Below are positions 43,425-58,046 of a stretch of 64,000 bases of DNA, piece by piece. Below the pieces are notes generated by a model. It was not told where the DNA came from, made no database searches, and saw only the letters and a program-made list of their open reading frames with translations. Every line of letters starts with the position of its first letter. Positions within the stretch are counted from its first letter, which is position 1. Source of the stretch: Eledone cirrhosa. Lineage: Eukaryota. The position numbers and the translations under genes were made by a program. Location of the stretch: positions 322,524,001 through 322,588,000 of the forward strand of contig OZ024743.1 in the NCBI GenBank assembly GCA_964016885.1, written 5' to 3'.

Positions 43425-45989
43425 GCTGATATGGAACAATGTAGTCGTACTCTCGGGTCTCATATAATGCCCCCCCCCCTCCCCTCATCACCCTGCTTAT
43501 TAAATTTTGGTAATTTTATTTTAAGTGGTAACATTCCTGCGACAATTAATTTTCTTTAGACATTAAAAAACATTATACATAACAAAAAAGTACATTACTC
43601 GAAACCCCATACGTTATGAAATAAATAGGATGGGTTGGGGTCTCAATATGTAAACTAAACGATCAATTCTTGTTTTATAAAATCAACGGAGATAACCTAG
43701 AAAAATTACCGATTTTGCAAATCCCCCCACTCTCGCTTATTCCCCCACCCCACTTATTCCAACCACTCCTACTATTTGGGACCCGAGAGTAGATTTCCCC
43801 CTTTTTTATTGAACAATGTACTTTTAAATACAACTTTTCTCTTTAAAAATGTATTCCTAGATACCTCTTCTTTTCTTAAACAATGTAGTCCTAGATACTC
43901 TCTTTCTTTTTTATCGTGTCTACAGAGTGGTGGTGAAAGATTTAGTGGGGGCAACAATGTGAATGTGGTTTTTTTTTTTGCCCCTTCATGTAGCCGATTT
44001 CAAGAGAGAATGTGGGGCAATTGACCCCAGTATATGATTGCTACTTTGTATATCAACAGTTAAGGGAAGAAAGATGGTGGTGGTAGTGGTGGTGGTGGTG
44101 TCGGCGGGTTGGTGTACCATTGAGTGAGACAAGATACAAGAAATGGAAAGAAACAAACAAAATATAAAGTGATGTGAAATAATTTGTATTCTGACAGAGG
44201 ATGGTGATAGCCTCCGAGGAACAATTAGAGACCCCACCAAATCAAGATTATCTTCTTTACTAAGGGCTAGCGTCTTTTTCCAGTTATTGTCTTTAATCCG
44301 CAGCTGTATTTTCATCACCCGGTTTAATATCACCATTTCATCCCTTTTATGCCTTTAGTGGAGTTTATGCTGCTGCAAACATTGCGAGCATTCGGGCCAA
44401 GGTTTCGTTGTTGCTCAGTCTATTAGACTTTAGACTCTGAGCAACAAGTCTGCCTGGAGCCCAGAGGCTCAGCAGGCCGGTTACCGTGGTGCGAGGTGAC
44501 TGACGGTACAAATCTCCCTCTGGACAGTACGCTAGTCCATCGCAAAGTTAAACCCCCAGCTATTGTTGGTACTCATTTTCAGCTGAGTATACTGGAGCAA
44601 CATGAAAGGAAGTGTTTTTCTTTCGGCCACACGCCTCTAGAGGCAACCTATTTAACGAGGCCATTGGTTATGTAACTTTTTGTAGTCCTTTCTAAACATG
44701 GGATTGCTTGGATACAATTCTGAGTTAATCCATATTCTCGTACCAATTAAAATTTCTGAGCTTCCTTTTCAGGCTCGAGCCAACGGGACTGGAGTGAGGC
44801 GACGGCAAAAGGCCAGACGGCATAATAATCTTTCTGTTCCGCGGGGGCAGGCCTCTCATCTGGAATGCTACATGTTGTAACACTTTTCCAGTGACAACCT
44901 GTTGCATTCGTTGACTACCTTAGGCTTCGCTGCTTGCCAGGCCAAAGAGGGTAAACTGTCAGTAATCGACCGCTCTCTGATAGGTTTGTGTTCAAGCCTG
45001 TGGCTGTGGAGAATTGCGGCGCTCTTGACTCCTGGACCACATACCTACTCCCTATCGGAGCGGAGTTCGCCACTCGCAGAGCGATCCCCGTGGGTTGAGC
45101 TAGCTATTCCAACGCATCTCCCTCGCCACCCACCGAGGCAACGTTTTCTCCATTCGGTCCGCTTGAACTACGAGGCGGCCTGCACATGGACTTCCAAACA
45201 CAAGAGAACGCTCTATCACTCCGCACGGACACAAGGCCAACAATTGGGGGAAAGGGAGTTCGATTAAATCGACCCCAGTGCGTTACTGGTACTATTTTTA
45301 TCAACCCCGTAAAGATGAAAGGCAAAGCTAACCTCGGCGGGATTTGAACCCAGAACGTAAACGGTCCGATGCTCTACCGATGCTGCTAGTCCACCGCCCT
45401 TACACCAAATACAATGATATACAATAGTGTGCATATTATTTGCTCCATCAATACTTCGGTAAGTAAGGCAAAGACTGTCTCGCTGAGGAACTTTAATATG
45501 ACTGAAACATATCTGCAGTTGTTTCCCGTACTTTCTGAAAATATTCAAATATGAGCCACTGAGATAACTAATTAATTTGTTATGAGATGGGTTAGCAGAA
45601 TCATTAGCAAGTCGGACAAAATACTTTGCTGTATTTGTTCTGGTTCTTTATGTTCTGAGTTCAAATTCCATCGAAGTTAGCTTTGTCTTTTCCCTTTCAC
45701 GGGGGTCAATAGAATAAAGTACCAGCAACGCACTAGGGTCGATTTAATCGACTTTTACTCCTTCTCTTCAAATTGGTGGTCTTGTGCCAAAAGTAGAAAA
45801 ATGTTAACTGATAATGTTCACTACTAGTATGTTAATATTGACTTAACTGTTGTTTAACATGCAGGATGGTGATGCAGATGGCGTTTGTTAAGAAACATTT
45901 TTTTTCATTTTGATTATAATTTCATTTAGATTATAATTTCATAAGTTGTAAAAGTACTTTTACAACTTATATTTTTGTACATATTAGTT

Positions 45990-46060
<71 letters not shown>

Positions 46061-46064
<4 letters not shown>

Positions 46065-46251
46065 TAAGAGGAATTCCAACTTTGTCTGATTTACTCGTTT
46101 TATTTACAATCCTTTAAAATATATATAATATGGTATTATAATGAAATAGTATGATAGAATATTAAATTCTAAGTGTTAATTGAACAAGTACTTTCATGCT
46201 TTCGCAATCTTCAGGTTCATGATATGTGGTGACAGTCGAGTTTGCAATTTT

Positions 46252-46254
<3 letters not shown>
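46061..46254 (-). mobile_element. Solo Neptune-like pLTR end with HHR (46181-46219)
   Basis: Nearly identical to 57506-57697; embedded in (TA)n. Confidence 0.88.
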
Positions 46255-46293
<39 letters not shown>

Positions 46294-46712
46294 GGTGTAT
46301 TTGTATATACTTTTTGTTTTATTTTTATGTTTATATATATTTTGTTGCAATTCTTAATTCAGAAACTCTTATATTAATTTTATTTTTAATTGAAAACTTA
46401 CCCTACTAATTTCCTCAAGTATCCACTTCTGTAGTCTATATTCACTATATAGACGTGTGTATATGTATGTGTGCATTACGTATTATACACACACGCACAC
46501 ACATACACACACGCACATGTCTGTCCTCCCCATTTGGTGGCTGGTGCGATCATTGGTTGGATTACACAATCGAGATTGTGGGTCGGGCGTTGGTTTAGCG
46601 GGGGCTATGAGTGGAGTTTTGCGATGTTTTCTGAGAGTTTTGTTTACTGGTTTGGGCAATCAACGGTCTTATTTACATTTGTACACGCGCGCGCGCGCGC
46701 GCGTGTGTGTGT

Positions 46713-46809
<97 letters not shown>

Positions 46810-47777
46810 TGTCTATATATGCGCACACGGGTGTATGCATGGATATGTGTTTGAGAAATTCACTTTCCGACCACGTAATTTGTCCCAACAACACGGCACT
46901 TTGAGCAAGTATCTTCAACCATAACCTTTACGATTGGTCAATGCCTCACTAACTCCATTAGTCTATCCATGAATATATTCTTTGTCCGTCTCCAGCCATT
47001 GAACTGCAGTCATGCGACCTCACTGCCTTTGAGGGTTATGGTTGATATATCGGCCAAAAATTATCCGTATCTATTTGTAATTGCACACTTTTCATTGTTG
47101 TTTTAGTTTTGCCCATGGCCCACATGTATATTATATCATACATTACATATATACATTGAAATGGTCTGAGACCCACAATGGCACACCTACTGTGGACTCT
47201 TGAATTAGAGAAGAGGCAAGTGGACTTTGACATAAGGTCATAAATCACACATATGCATACACACGTACACACACCACATACATAAACACAAATATACACA
47301 CACTCAAATACTCACATACACATATATGTCCACACACACGCCTGCACAAGTGCCCGCCCGCACAGACATACACACACACACACACACACGGACACACGCA
47401 CATACAAACAGTTGACTTCCACATAGTTTCTGTCTACCAAATACCACTCACTTGGTCAATCTGAGTATATGGCAGGAGACACATGCCCAGTGAAATAGGA
47501 TGACCCCAAATAGAATAGATTCAAACATATGTATGGTCGATCTGGGCGGACCTCAGACTAAATAAATTTATTAATAAATACTGGCTAATTGATAACACTA
47601 AATACCTTCCTTTAATTAATTGTAATTATTAAGAGGGCTGGCGAATTAACAATGTGGGTAGAGCATCAGGTTAGCTGTTTTGCGCTGTTTGTTTCGGTTC
47701 TCTACACTCTGAGTTCAAATCCGACCGGCAAGATAAATTATCAATTCAGAAACGGTAGATTGCCAGAGTTCTTAGAG

Positions 47778-47930
47778 TAGCCATGGCAGACTGCGACACG
47801 CGTGGCCCATTTAACTTTCTGAATGCACGCTTAATTTTAAAATTGCCTTGAATTTTTTAGTAGTGCAGCTCGCCTTATGATAAATCACATCCTATGCGGC
47901 CTACTGCTCGAAAAAGGTTGCCCATGCCTG
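47778..47930. mobile_element. hAT-type MITE
   Basis: Degenerate TIRs tagccatggca / tgcccatgcctg; 8-bp TSD tcttagag / tcttaaag. Confidence 0.6.
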
Positions 47931-48055
47931 TCTTAAAGCATCAAACGAAATAATTTGCGGTATCTGTTAAGGTTTTTTGTGACCTGATTTCAAAGTCTAC
48001 ACCCTCACCAAACCATCCTAGGCCAGTGCAGATAGGTACATCAAAGACCAGTATG

Positions 48056-48252
48056 CGAGGGTTGGCTAAAAAGATCATAGGCTGACCAAGATATTCTCAT
48101 GGGATGAGCAAATGAGGTTTGATTTTAAACATACTCCCTGGAAATAAACAATGTAGTTATTAATAAGAAGAGTTGAAATGAATGCATGCAACATTTCACT
48201 GGTATAGCATCACTCCTTCATAGTCAGCCGATGAACTGTTCAGTCTACCCCA
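48056..48252. mobile_element. Degenerate mariner-type MITE
   Basis: cgagggttggctaaaaagatcataggctgac versus gtcagccgatgaactgttcagtctacccc. Confidence 0.45.
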
Positions 48253-48748
48253 GTAGTTGCTAGGTTTTAGTTCTGCAGGGGATCGAAAACGGCTGATTGG
48301 AAAATTTAATTATTGTAACTAGTTCATTAAATACATCTTCACTAGGCCAGTATGAATAGGTTAATCTAAAACCTGCATATGTCCGACGGTGAAGAATCAA
48401 TATCATAAGCTCACTCGATGGTATATCACATAAGAAATTACATCACTAATATTTATACAGATAAGAAATGTTTTGAGGCATCGTATCGTATCTGATGACT
48501 TACAATTACATAACAGATACCATCGAAATACGTATAACACCGATTAGGTAAATGAACCCACTCCCATCTACTTCATTACTATATATATATATAGGAAAAA
48601 GTATGACCCTGACGGCAGAGCTCTAGCCGTTTCGACGGCTATTTCTGGACTGTGTGTGTATGTATGTATGTATGTATGTATGTATGTATGTATGTATTAC
48701 TCTTTTACTTGTTCCAGACGACTGGTCGAAGCCATGATGGGACACCGC

Positions 48749-48811
<63 letters not shown>

Positions 48812-48834
48812 ACATAGATAGATAATTAAATAGA

Positions 48835-51800
48835 TAACTTTCTTTTTATTTGCCACCAGGGCTTCAAAGAGTGGGACAAATACAATGGGGGGAGTTTACA
48901 TAAAAAGGCGTCCTCAATAAGGAGGAGGCAATAACAAGATATAAAAAATAATATATAAAATATAACAAAAATAAATTTAATAACAAAATCCTCAATAGGG
49001 AGGAGGCGCCTTGGGGGGTCGCACACAACCCCGAAAAAAGTGTGCAACCCTTCTCCTCAGGAGCACAGAGAGGGTGTCCTCCCTTGATCTTTCATCTTCT
49101 TCACCCATAGTCTGATGTAGAGTGAAGGCCCATTCACACGGGCCATTCTCGCAACTTTCACCCATCTTTCATAGAAACGGCTGAGGTGCAGCACCTCTCT
49201 CTCCATCCTGATCCTTCTTCCGAAATAATATCGGAAGAAACGGACCAGTTGTTGGCCAGAGAGAAAGGTGTCTGACCTCAGTCCTTTCAGACGCGTCCAC
49301 CATACAACCTCTTTCGCCGTGGCTATTACGCACAGAAACACCGCCTCTTCTTCGTTTTTGAAGAGGGGAGGCGGCTTGATCGTTACAATAGACTCGGTGG
49401 TCAACCGGATCGGTCCCACCCTTGACAGCAGTTGTTCGACATAGCCCCACAGATCGGCAATGCCCGAGCAGTGTACCAATGCGTGTGCAACGGTTTCCTC
49501 GTCGCACACGCATCTGGGACAGATCTTTTTCGAGGGGTCCTTACCCGGGCGCCCGTGTCTGTAGAGCCTTTCTCGAACGGGCAGAGCCCCTCGGTAGCAC
49601 TACCAGGCCAGGGACCTCTGGAAGTTATCCATGGGTCCCGGGCTGAATGTCCTACCGAACAGGTTGGCCAGTTCGTCTCCCTCCATGCCTAGGGCTTCTC
49701 CGAGGGCGTTGTCGCACCTGCTAACCTCCAGCCCTCTATAGAATGACGAGGTGGATTCTCCACTGACAGCCGGGTCCGCCTGCCAGAGAGCCGTGAGCGC
49801 CTGGGCACACTCGGTGTGCCAGGCGCCCAGTTTTCTCGGTCTTTGCTTGACCCACGATTGCAGCTCGGTGAGCGAGACGAGTCCGGGAAAGGCACGCCTC
49901 ACAAACGGAGCCCACACCGGTTGACTGGTGAGGAATACCTGGAGGTGCCGTAGCCTCAATGCGTGTTTACGTATCATTAGCCACGGCATCCCCAGCCCTC
50001 CTTTCGAAGGGTGTTGACAGCAGATGGATCTCCTCACCATAGGAGCCCGCTTCTTCCAAAGGAATTGGAAGAGTATGCGCTCCATTTTGGCGAGCGTTTC
50101 CCTTGGGCAAGGCACGACGGTCATGCGGTAGTAGATGACGGACGCTATATAAGTGTTCGCCACCTCCGCCCGACCTTTCAGGGACAGTTTGCACTCGGCC
50201 CACTTCTGGGACAGTGCAAACACTCTGTTCGTTACCTCACCCCAGTTCTTCTCCACCTGGAGGTCTGATCCGAACCAGACCCCGAGCAACTTCACCGGGC
50301 CCTCTGTCCAGAGCCTGACGACGCCATCGGAGGGCAGCGATCTGCCCCTCCACGTGCCGAGTTGCAGACCGATCGACTTGTCCCGGTTCAGCTTAGCCCC
50401 TGTAAACCTTTCGTACTCCTCCAGTAAGGTGCCGATCGCCCCGATTTACGAGGCCGTCGATACCATTACTGTTACGTCATCGGCGTAGGCCGACACCGCT
50501 TTCCGCAATCCCGGTTCCAACGGGATGCCCTGCAACAACTCCAACTTCCGCAGCAGTGGCTCTAGAGTCATTACATACAGAAGGGAGGAGAGAGGGCACC
50601 CTTGTCGGATGGACCGCGCGATTTCGAACGGCTCCGAGAGGTAGCCGTTCACCTTGACCCTAGAGCAGATGCGGCTGCTGTGCATGGCAGTGTTCCAGCC
50701 CCTGTAAACGGGTCCGAAGCCTGCCGCCGCTAGCACCGCATCCAGGTAACCATGGTCGACCCTATCGAACGCCTTAGATTGATCCAAGTTGATCAGGGCC
50801 CCACCAAAGCCGGGTTCGTTGCCAACCCTCTCTATGATGTATCGCATGAGGTGGAGGTTGTCGTGGATGGACCTGGACGGGATAGCAAATGTCTGCGCAT
50901 CTCCCACCAGGTTGCCCACGACAAGCGCCAACCTCTTTGCTAGCACCTTGGCCAAAATCTGTAACTGTATTTAGCAGAGTTATGGGCCTGAAATTATTTA
51001 TATCGTCCCCCTTGTTCTCGTCCTTCCTCACTAGCGTGACTACACCCTTGGTCACAGCACAGGGAATTCTCCTGTTCTGTTGCCAGTTGCAGTAGACCGC
51101 CTCGAGGAGATCGGGGAACAAGTCCGGCATAGCTAGATATAGTTCGTATGGAAGACCATCGAGACTCGGGGATTTGCGTTTGCCGCATTGGCTCAGCACG
51201 TCCTCTATCTCAGCGGCTGAAATCGGCTCCTCGCAGGACTTCGCCTCCCTGTCCGAGAGACGCGGCAGGCAATCGAGGTATGGACCGAAGTCCACTTCCC
51301 CAACCGGTTCCCCGCCCCTTCCGAACAATCTGGCAAAGTGCTTTTGAAAAGCCTCGCACATCTGCTTAGGCTCAAGGATCACCCGTCCATTCTGGTCTCG
51401 CAAAGACCGGATAATGGATCTACTCCCTCTTTGGCTTCTGTCACGCGGGCCCAGCTAACAGGTTTGGTCCCCTCGTTTCCCAAAGCACGTATTTTGCTTC
51501 GGACGATGCAGCCTTCGTGTTTCGCGTCGAAGAACTGGCCCAGGGCCGTTCTCGACGCTAGCACTCTGGCCACGTCGCCGCTTCTAATTGCCTCTTCTAC
51601 ACTATCTACCAACTCCCTTTCCTTCCTATTTCTATTTGAGGCTAACTCCTTACTAAATTCTATAGAGACTACTCTAATCTCTCTTTTGAGAGATCCCCAC
51701 CACCTGCTGTTGACGGTGGCGCCCGTCAACCGCTCCTTAACTAAAGTGTTAATCCGGTCCCTGTAAGCCTTACTTGCCGGTAAGGACAAGTTGAGCTTCC

Positions 51801-53975
51801 AGTAACCGGGTCCCTGTCTATGCGTTCTGTCAAGGTTGACCATGCAGGTCACTAACTTGTGGTCTGAATAGCCAACCATGAGCATTTTTGGACAAATTAA
51901 AAAGTCCTTATCCTTATTTCTAACTAAGAACCTATCTAGGTACGACCTAGAGGATCCGCTGCGGTTTTCCCAAGTCCAGGTTGGCGCAGTCGAAAAATCT
52001 AGTCGATATCTATCGGCCAGGTCAAATTGACCGATTAACTCTATGAGGCTGTTACACCCCTCTCTATCGGGACAGGCCCCTACGTAGTCCCAACGTGCAT
52101 CTAGGATACCATTCCAGTCCCCCACTAATAGCAAGGAGCGGGACGTCCCTAGAAAAGTCTCCAGACGATGGAAGAAGTCCGGCCGCGTTGACCCGAAAGA
52201 GCCGTAGACGGCTACCAGCCTAAACGCTCCGCCTTCACCACTGCCAAGGTCCAGAACCACTAGTCGGCCCTCCGGGTCCAAATGTACCGTCTGTGTTGCG
52301 AGACCCAGATGTTTTTGCAGCAGAACAAAAACCCACCCCCACCTCCGGGCTGACAGAGAGATGCGTGCATCTCAAAGTCATCAAAGGTGGGGGCCAGCTG
52401 TCGCACGTTGCTGATCCGGGCCTCGCAAATAACCATCACATCTATACGTTGTGACCTGAGGTCATTTAGATGCATTGCTTGCTTCCAAGTTGAGCCCAGG
52501 CCACGCGCATTTAGACAGTCTACTCTTAGAATAGCCATGTTGGTGGTGAAGAGAAAAGGCACTTACCTCTCTGCGTCCCGGGTATCGGACTGCACAATTT
52601 CCATGAGGGTGGAGGATGGGTTGTTGGGTGGGGTGGTGGTTTGTGGAAGTGTAGGGGCATCAGTGTGTTGAGTGGTTGGGGTGTTTGGAGTTGTGTGGGT
52701 GTTTGGGGAGGGGGTGGGGAAGTTTTTTTAAGAGGACACGGTTAATGGGCCCGACGCAGGGGCGGCCACGTCCTCTTTAAGGTTGTTTTTTAGTGTTTTT
52801 TATGTTTCCTCTGGGGCCTTAATTATTTTGAGGTTGGGGAAATCCCCTGCCTGGGTGAAGTAAGGCCCTTGGGTTTTTACTAAATTGTTGTTGTATACAA
52901 TGTTTAGCAGTTTTTTTATTTCTTGTGTTTATGTATGTGTATGCATGTTTTTGTTTTTGTGTGGTGTTTTTTGTTTGCTGTTGTTGTGTGCTCTTTTGTG
53001 TTGGTGTCTGTGTTATGTTTTGGGGAGGGGTTGTTTTCATTTGTGTGTCTGAGGCGTGTTTTCTTTTTTTTCTTTTGATTGTGTGGAAGTGCTCCCCCTC
53101 GTCTGACAACGAACGAGGGTCATCTTCCGCGTTGGAGAGGAGGGGTAGATTTTCGGGTTGTGTTTGCGGTGCGGGTATTTTGGAAATTGTTTTTTTTTTT
53201 AGTGGAGGGGGGGTGGGTTGGACAGTGTTTTGTTTTGGTTTGAGCTGTGGTTGTTGTTTTTGTAGTGGTGGTTGTGGTGATTGTGTTGGCTGTGCAGTTG
53301 TTGGTGGTGTAGGCATGATTGGGGTTTTATTTTTAAGTTGAGGACTGACAGCCCTCAGGTGACCTCTGGCTCCACAGAGGTAACACGAGTGCCGCCTACC
53401 CTCAACGGTAATGTTGATAAAAGTTTGATCATCCAGTATGACGCGTTCAGGGATCTGGACGATCCTTTCGGGCCTCGTTTGAACTACAAGTTCGAGGCTC
53501 GTTCCACTGAACGCGTCACCCGATGCCTTTCCAATGGATATTAGTGTGTCATCGTCTAGGTCCAGGAAACCTGTCAATACCCACCATATGTCCATAATCG
53601 GAAGGATGGTGTGAATTTTTATTTTTTGTGTCCTTCTACCCATGTACGTAGGATAGAAGGTATATGCGGTGGATGTGATTGGTTTTATTGACAGTTTCGC
53701 TGCTGTGTCCCTGTCCTTCATGAGAATGGATAGACTCTACGGGAGTCTATCCATTCTCATGAAGTACAGGGACTCCCGTAGAGTCTATCCTTCTGAATGA
53801 ATATGATGTCTTTCATGACATCTTTTAAAACCAGCTCTATCTCACTCTGTGATGGTTGAGTTGGTTCTTTGGTTTTGTTTGAGACTGTCCTAAACATGAC
53901 AGTGTTTAGGAGTCTCTGGCTTTTTAGTTCCGGAGGGGGGGGGGGGGGTCGAAAATGATCCATTTTCCCCGTACA
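48835..53975 (-). mobile_element. Near full-length decayed L1/Tx1-clade LINE
   Basis: ORF1 (52819-53963, broken) with a degenerate zinc knuckle CYLCGARGH. ORF2 has APE (LNARGL, VGDWN, SYLDRF, SDH), RT (FRPITLLN, LDQSKAFDRVDH, QGCPLS, YADD) and a C-terminal CCHC. Confidence 0.9.
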
Positions 53976-54442
53976 CTATGTATTTTCCCCTTGCGTATGG
54001 TTTGGACTTAGTGATGGCTTTCCATTGGATGGAGTAGTCTGTTCTTGAATTCTTGAGGGACCATACGTGGCTCGCGAGTTTCGTGGATGAACGTCTGTCC
54101 GGGTATCTGAAGGTAGACTGGTGGTTCAGGAAACGTTCCTTGAATCGGCCCTCCGCCATGCCCACATAGGATTTGACCTCCTGTGGTTCGTTTGGTCGGT
54201 TGGAAGTGACCACAGCTTCATAGATTACAGCTGGTGTGTTGCATTGTTGTTGAAGGGGGCAAGCTTCAGGCTTACGGCAAGAGCACCCTGGTGGGGTGTT
54301 GCTCCTAGGGCTGCTGGTGATGTGGGCCTTCATGTTCTTAGCGCAGGAGTATCCTAGTTTAACTTTGTGTCGGTTAAAGATGGGGCGGTATTTATGACCT
54401 ATGGGGAAGTGTCTATCTAAGAGGGCTAGAAATATATTTTTC
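53976..54442 (-). mobile_element. Nematis-like PLE GIY-YIG fragment
   Basis: RHFPIGHKYRPIFNRHKVKLGYSC, CSC..CPL..C..VIY..YVGMAEGRFKERFLNH..TKLASHVW. Confidence 0.8.
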
Positions 54443-54459
54443 CTACATTGGTTTTATAT

Positions 54460-54494
<35 letters not shown>

Positions 54495-55634
54495 AGGTAA
54501 ATACTGATACATAGTTGAATATATGAATAAATTATAAGTTCACATCCGTATGTACGTTTGATAAACATATATGTATTGTCAGTGAGAATAAATAAGACAT
54601 TGTGCTTAATACACAAAACTTTCTCTGCCTTATGTATATATATATGTGTTTGTGTGTGTGTGTGTATACATGTGTGCTCTGTGTGTATGTATGTACATGT
54701 GTGCTGTGTGTGTATGTATGTACACGTGTGCTGTGTGTGTACATATATGTACATGTGTGCTGTGTGTGTACATATATGTACATGTGTGCTGTGTGTGTGT
54801 GCATATATATGTACATGTGTGCTATGTTTGTGTGTGCGTCTGTATGTTTTGGGAATTCATGAATAAATAAATTGGTGTTTGATTAATTTTCCATTAGCAT
54901 ATTTTTGTTCTTTCATTTGCATGAGGTCGTTTTTCTTTTTTCATATTCCAATGAGCGACTATTTGATGTTGAAATTTCTTTGATGCGAACAAGAATTTTC
55001 ATTGGGTATCAGTTAAGTCCTAATTACATTCAATTAAATGTTATTTAAACATTAACTCAGGTTCGTGAGTTTCCCTATGATATGCAAGTCACCGCAAGCA
55101 GCTAAATAAAGAAGTGATTTTTAAAAGTATTTGTCTGGCTAGTTTAGGGTTGTATTCAGCATGATGTTGTTTAACTACAAAATATAGTTAAACACACGAA
55201 TACATAGTTATATATATATATGTATGTGTTTGTGTGTGTGCGAGAGTATATATATTTATATATATGGAAAAGAATGAAACGAATTTTCATTTCTCAATCT
55301 TAGTACGGCTGATACCTAAATATAAGTATGTATACGTACATACATATATGTGTTTCATTTTTCCATTTATCGTTTTCGGTTGCCCGGCCGACTAACTCAC
55401 TCGATATGCAAATTAGGCTGCTCAGCCGTTAATATGCATAAGGAAAGTATATATTTTCAAACGTTCAATCATCTGACAGAAAGGTATACGATGCTGACGA
55501 TAGCTAATAAGCTTGAAACTAGTACATCGTTCCTGTACGGCGTAATTCGGGGTGTTTGTTTACAAACAAACCGAACATTATAATAAATGTTCGGTAAACC
55601 CATACGTACATATATATATATATATGTGTGCATG

Positions 55635-55670
<36 letters not shown>

Positions 55671-55712
55671 CTACTGTACGCCTGTACACATATATGTATG
55701 TACGCATACATA

Positions 55713-55771
<59 letters not shown>

Positions 55772-55777
<6 letters not shown>

Positions 55778-56613
55778 ATACTTTGGGAGGGTCATGTTGC
55801 CAATAAGAAACACACGCACCAGTTGCTTTCACTTCAATTTATTATATATTTATAAATTTATAAATTTATAAATTTACAAATCTACAAACTTATAAATTTC
55901 TGGTTGGTTGGTTGGTTTCACAACCAGATAGTTGTTTATATATAGTCATAGTCCTTTCGTCACACACTCTGTGACCTCTTCAGATAGAACACAGGGTAAA
56001 TTAGAGAACATAGAAATAAAAATAGAATCCACACACAGAAAAGTGCAATATTTAGGCAAATTACAGAGGCAGTAAGCATAAAAGAATTACAACCAAAATT
56101 AAATAGAAAATATGAGTGGAACAGCAACATCACAACTTACAATTAAGGACAAAATGAAAACACACACACACATAGAACAAACAACCAACCAACAATAAAT
56201 AAATAAATAAATAAACAAATAGATAAATGAACACAAACACACACAGACACCCGGATGTGGGGCATGCGCAAACTGAGCACACAACACACACACAGAAATA
56301 AAATGGCGTAGGACAGAAGAAAGGAAAGGCACAGAAACAAAGAAAGGAATCCCCAGTCACTGAAGAGGTCACAGAGTGTGTGACGAAAGGACTATGACTA
56401 TATATAAACAACTATCTGGTTGTGGAACCAACCAACCAGAAATTTATAAGTTTGTAGATTTGTAAATTTATAAATTTATAAATATATAATAAATTGAAGT
56501 GAAAGCAACTGGTGCGTGTGTTTCTTATTGGCAACATGACCCTCCCAAAGTATAACAATATCGGTTTCAACACACGATTTCAGATAAAGAATCTTGCTAA
56601 ACAAATTCAGAAA

Positions 56614-56617
<4 letters not shown>
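55772..56617 (+). mobile_element. Short Naiad-like copy: inverted pLTR + GIY-YIG tail + pLTR
   Basis: 55984-56617 matches the 3' end of the 20445-23108 element; 55772-55983 is an inverted pLTR; HHR at 56355-56399. Confidence 0.85.
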
Positions 56618-56658
<41 letters not shown>

Positions 56659-56662
<4 letters not shown>

Positions 56663-56820
56663 TAAAATTCCGTTATAACAAATACCATTATCACGACTTT
56701 TTCAGTATAACGAAATTCTTTTCAACCCCCGGCCACATGCTCGATCTCGTTATAAAGGATTTTTCGTTACAACGAACATTTTTTATACTCAGTGAATTTC
56801 GTTATAACGGAATTTCACTG
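56659..56820. mobile_element. pogo/Tigger-like MITE
   Basis: TIRs aaattccgttataac / gttataacggaatttcactg; TA flanks. Confidence 0.65.
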
Positions 56821-56824
56821 TATC

Positions 56825-56868
<44 letters not shown>

Positions 56869-57386
56869 AAACTGAGACTCCCTTCAGTAATGAATAACCA
56901 TAGGATTTGCACCTAGAAAGTTCCGTTCTGAGGCACAAGTTCAGGCAAGCCGCTGTTGTTTAAGACCAGCAGTGCCCAAGCATACACGTCTCCTCTCTCC
57001 ACGCCACCAATGTTGTTCAAGGGAAAAGCAATGGCTGGTATAACTTGGCACCAATGACGTCGCAACTTATTCCTATAGGTGAGTAAACTGGAACAATGTA
57101 AAATAAACTGTCTTGCTCAAGAACACAACATATCATTCGGTCCGGGAATAGAACTTACACTGTCACGATTGTGAATCAGACGCTCTAAACACTAAGCTAT
57201 GTTTATATATATTATTCATTACATGTAGGTACTACAATTATGTTTAAAAACGTTTCGAATAGAAATTAATTTCCATTCAACTGTTGAAACGGTTTCAGCT
57301 TTATGTCAAGGTTTATATATGATGAATAATATCTACACCCTACTATCACTAAAGTATCGAGTAATAAGTACTACGTTGAATAATGG

Positions 57387-57509
<123 letters not shown>

Positions 57510-57623
57510 TAAGAGGAATTCCAACTTTGTCTGATTTACTCGTTTTATTTACAATCCTTTAAAATATATATAATGGTATTATAATGAAATAGTATGATAG
57601 AATATTAAATTCTAAGTGTTAAT

Positions 57624-57662
57624 TGAACAAGTACTTTCATGCTTTCGCAATCTTCAGGTTCA
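57624..57662 (-). ncRNA. Minimal type I hammerhead motif
   Basis: ugaac-CUGAAGA-u-ugc(gaaa)gca-u-GAAA-guac-UU-guuca, with a palindromic stem III. Confidence 0.8.
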
Positions 57663-58046
57663 TGATATGTGGTGACAGTCGAGTTTGCAATTTTCAACTG
57701 TAATGAGATGGGTAAATTTCCTACCTTTTATACATTTTATACATTTTATACAGAGAAAAGTGGCTCCAGAATGCAAAGCCCTGTAAACTGTATTTCGACC
57801 AATCAGTGTGTAGTTTCACTGAATTACTACAGCTGATTGGTTTAAGCGTCACGGCTGGTTGAACATGCTAACGACCAATAGTCATATCCAACGTATCAAT
57901 TGTTTTGCTTTTTTGAAATGATGAAAATAGCATTTTCTATTAATCATCACCATCAACATCACTTTTATTATTATTATTATTGTTGTTGTTGTTGTTGTTA
58001 GTGGTCGTGGTCATAGTGGTAGTAGAAGTAATACCCCTAGGCGTTA

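Noticed and set aside
43000-48600. Host gene exons in the less repetitive stretch
   Set aside because: No convincing ORF with splice sites or recognisable protein; small exons cannot be excluded without RNA-seq.
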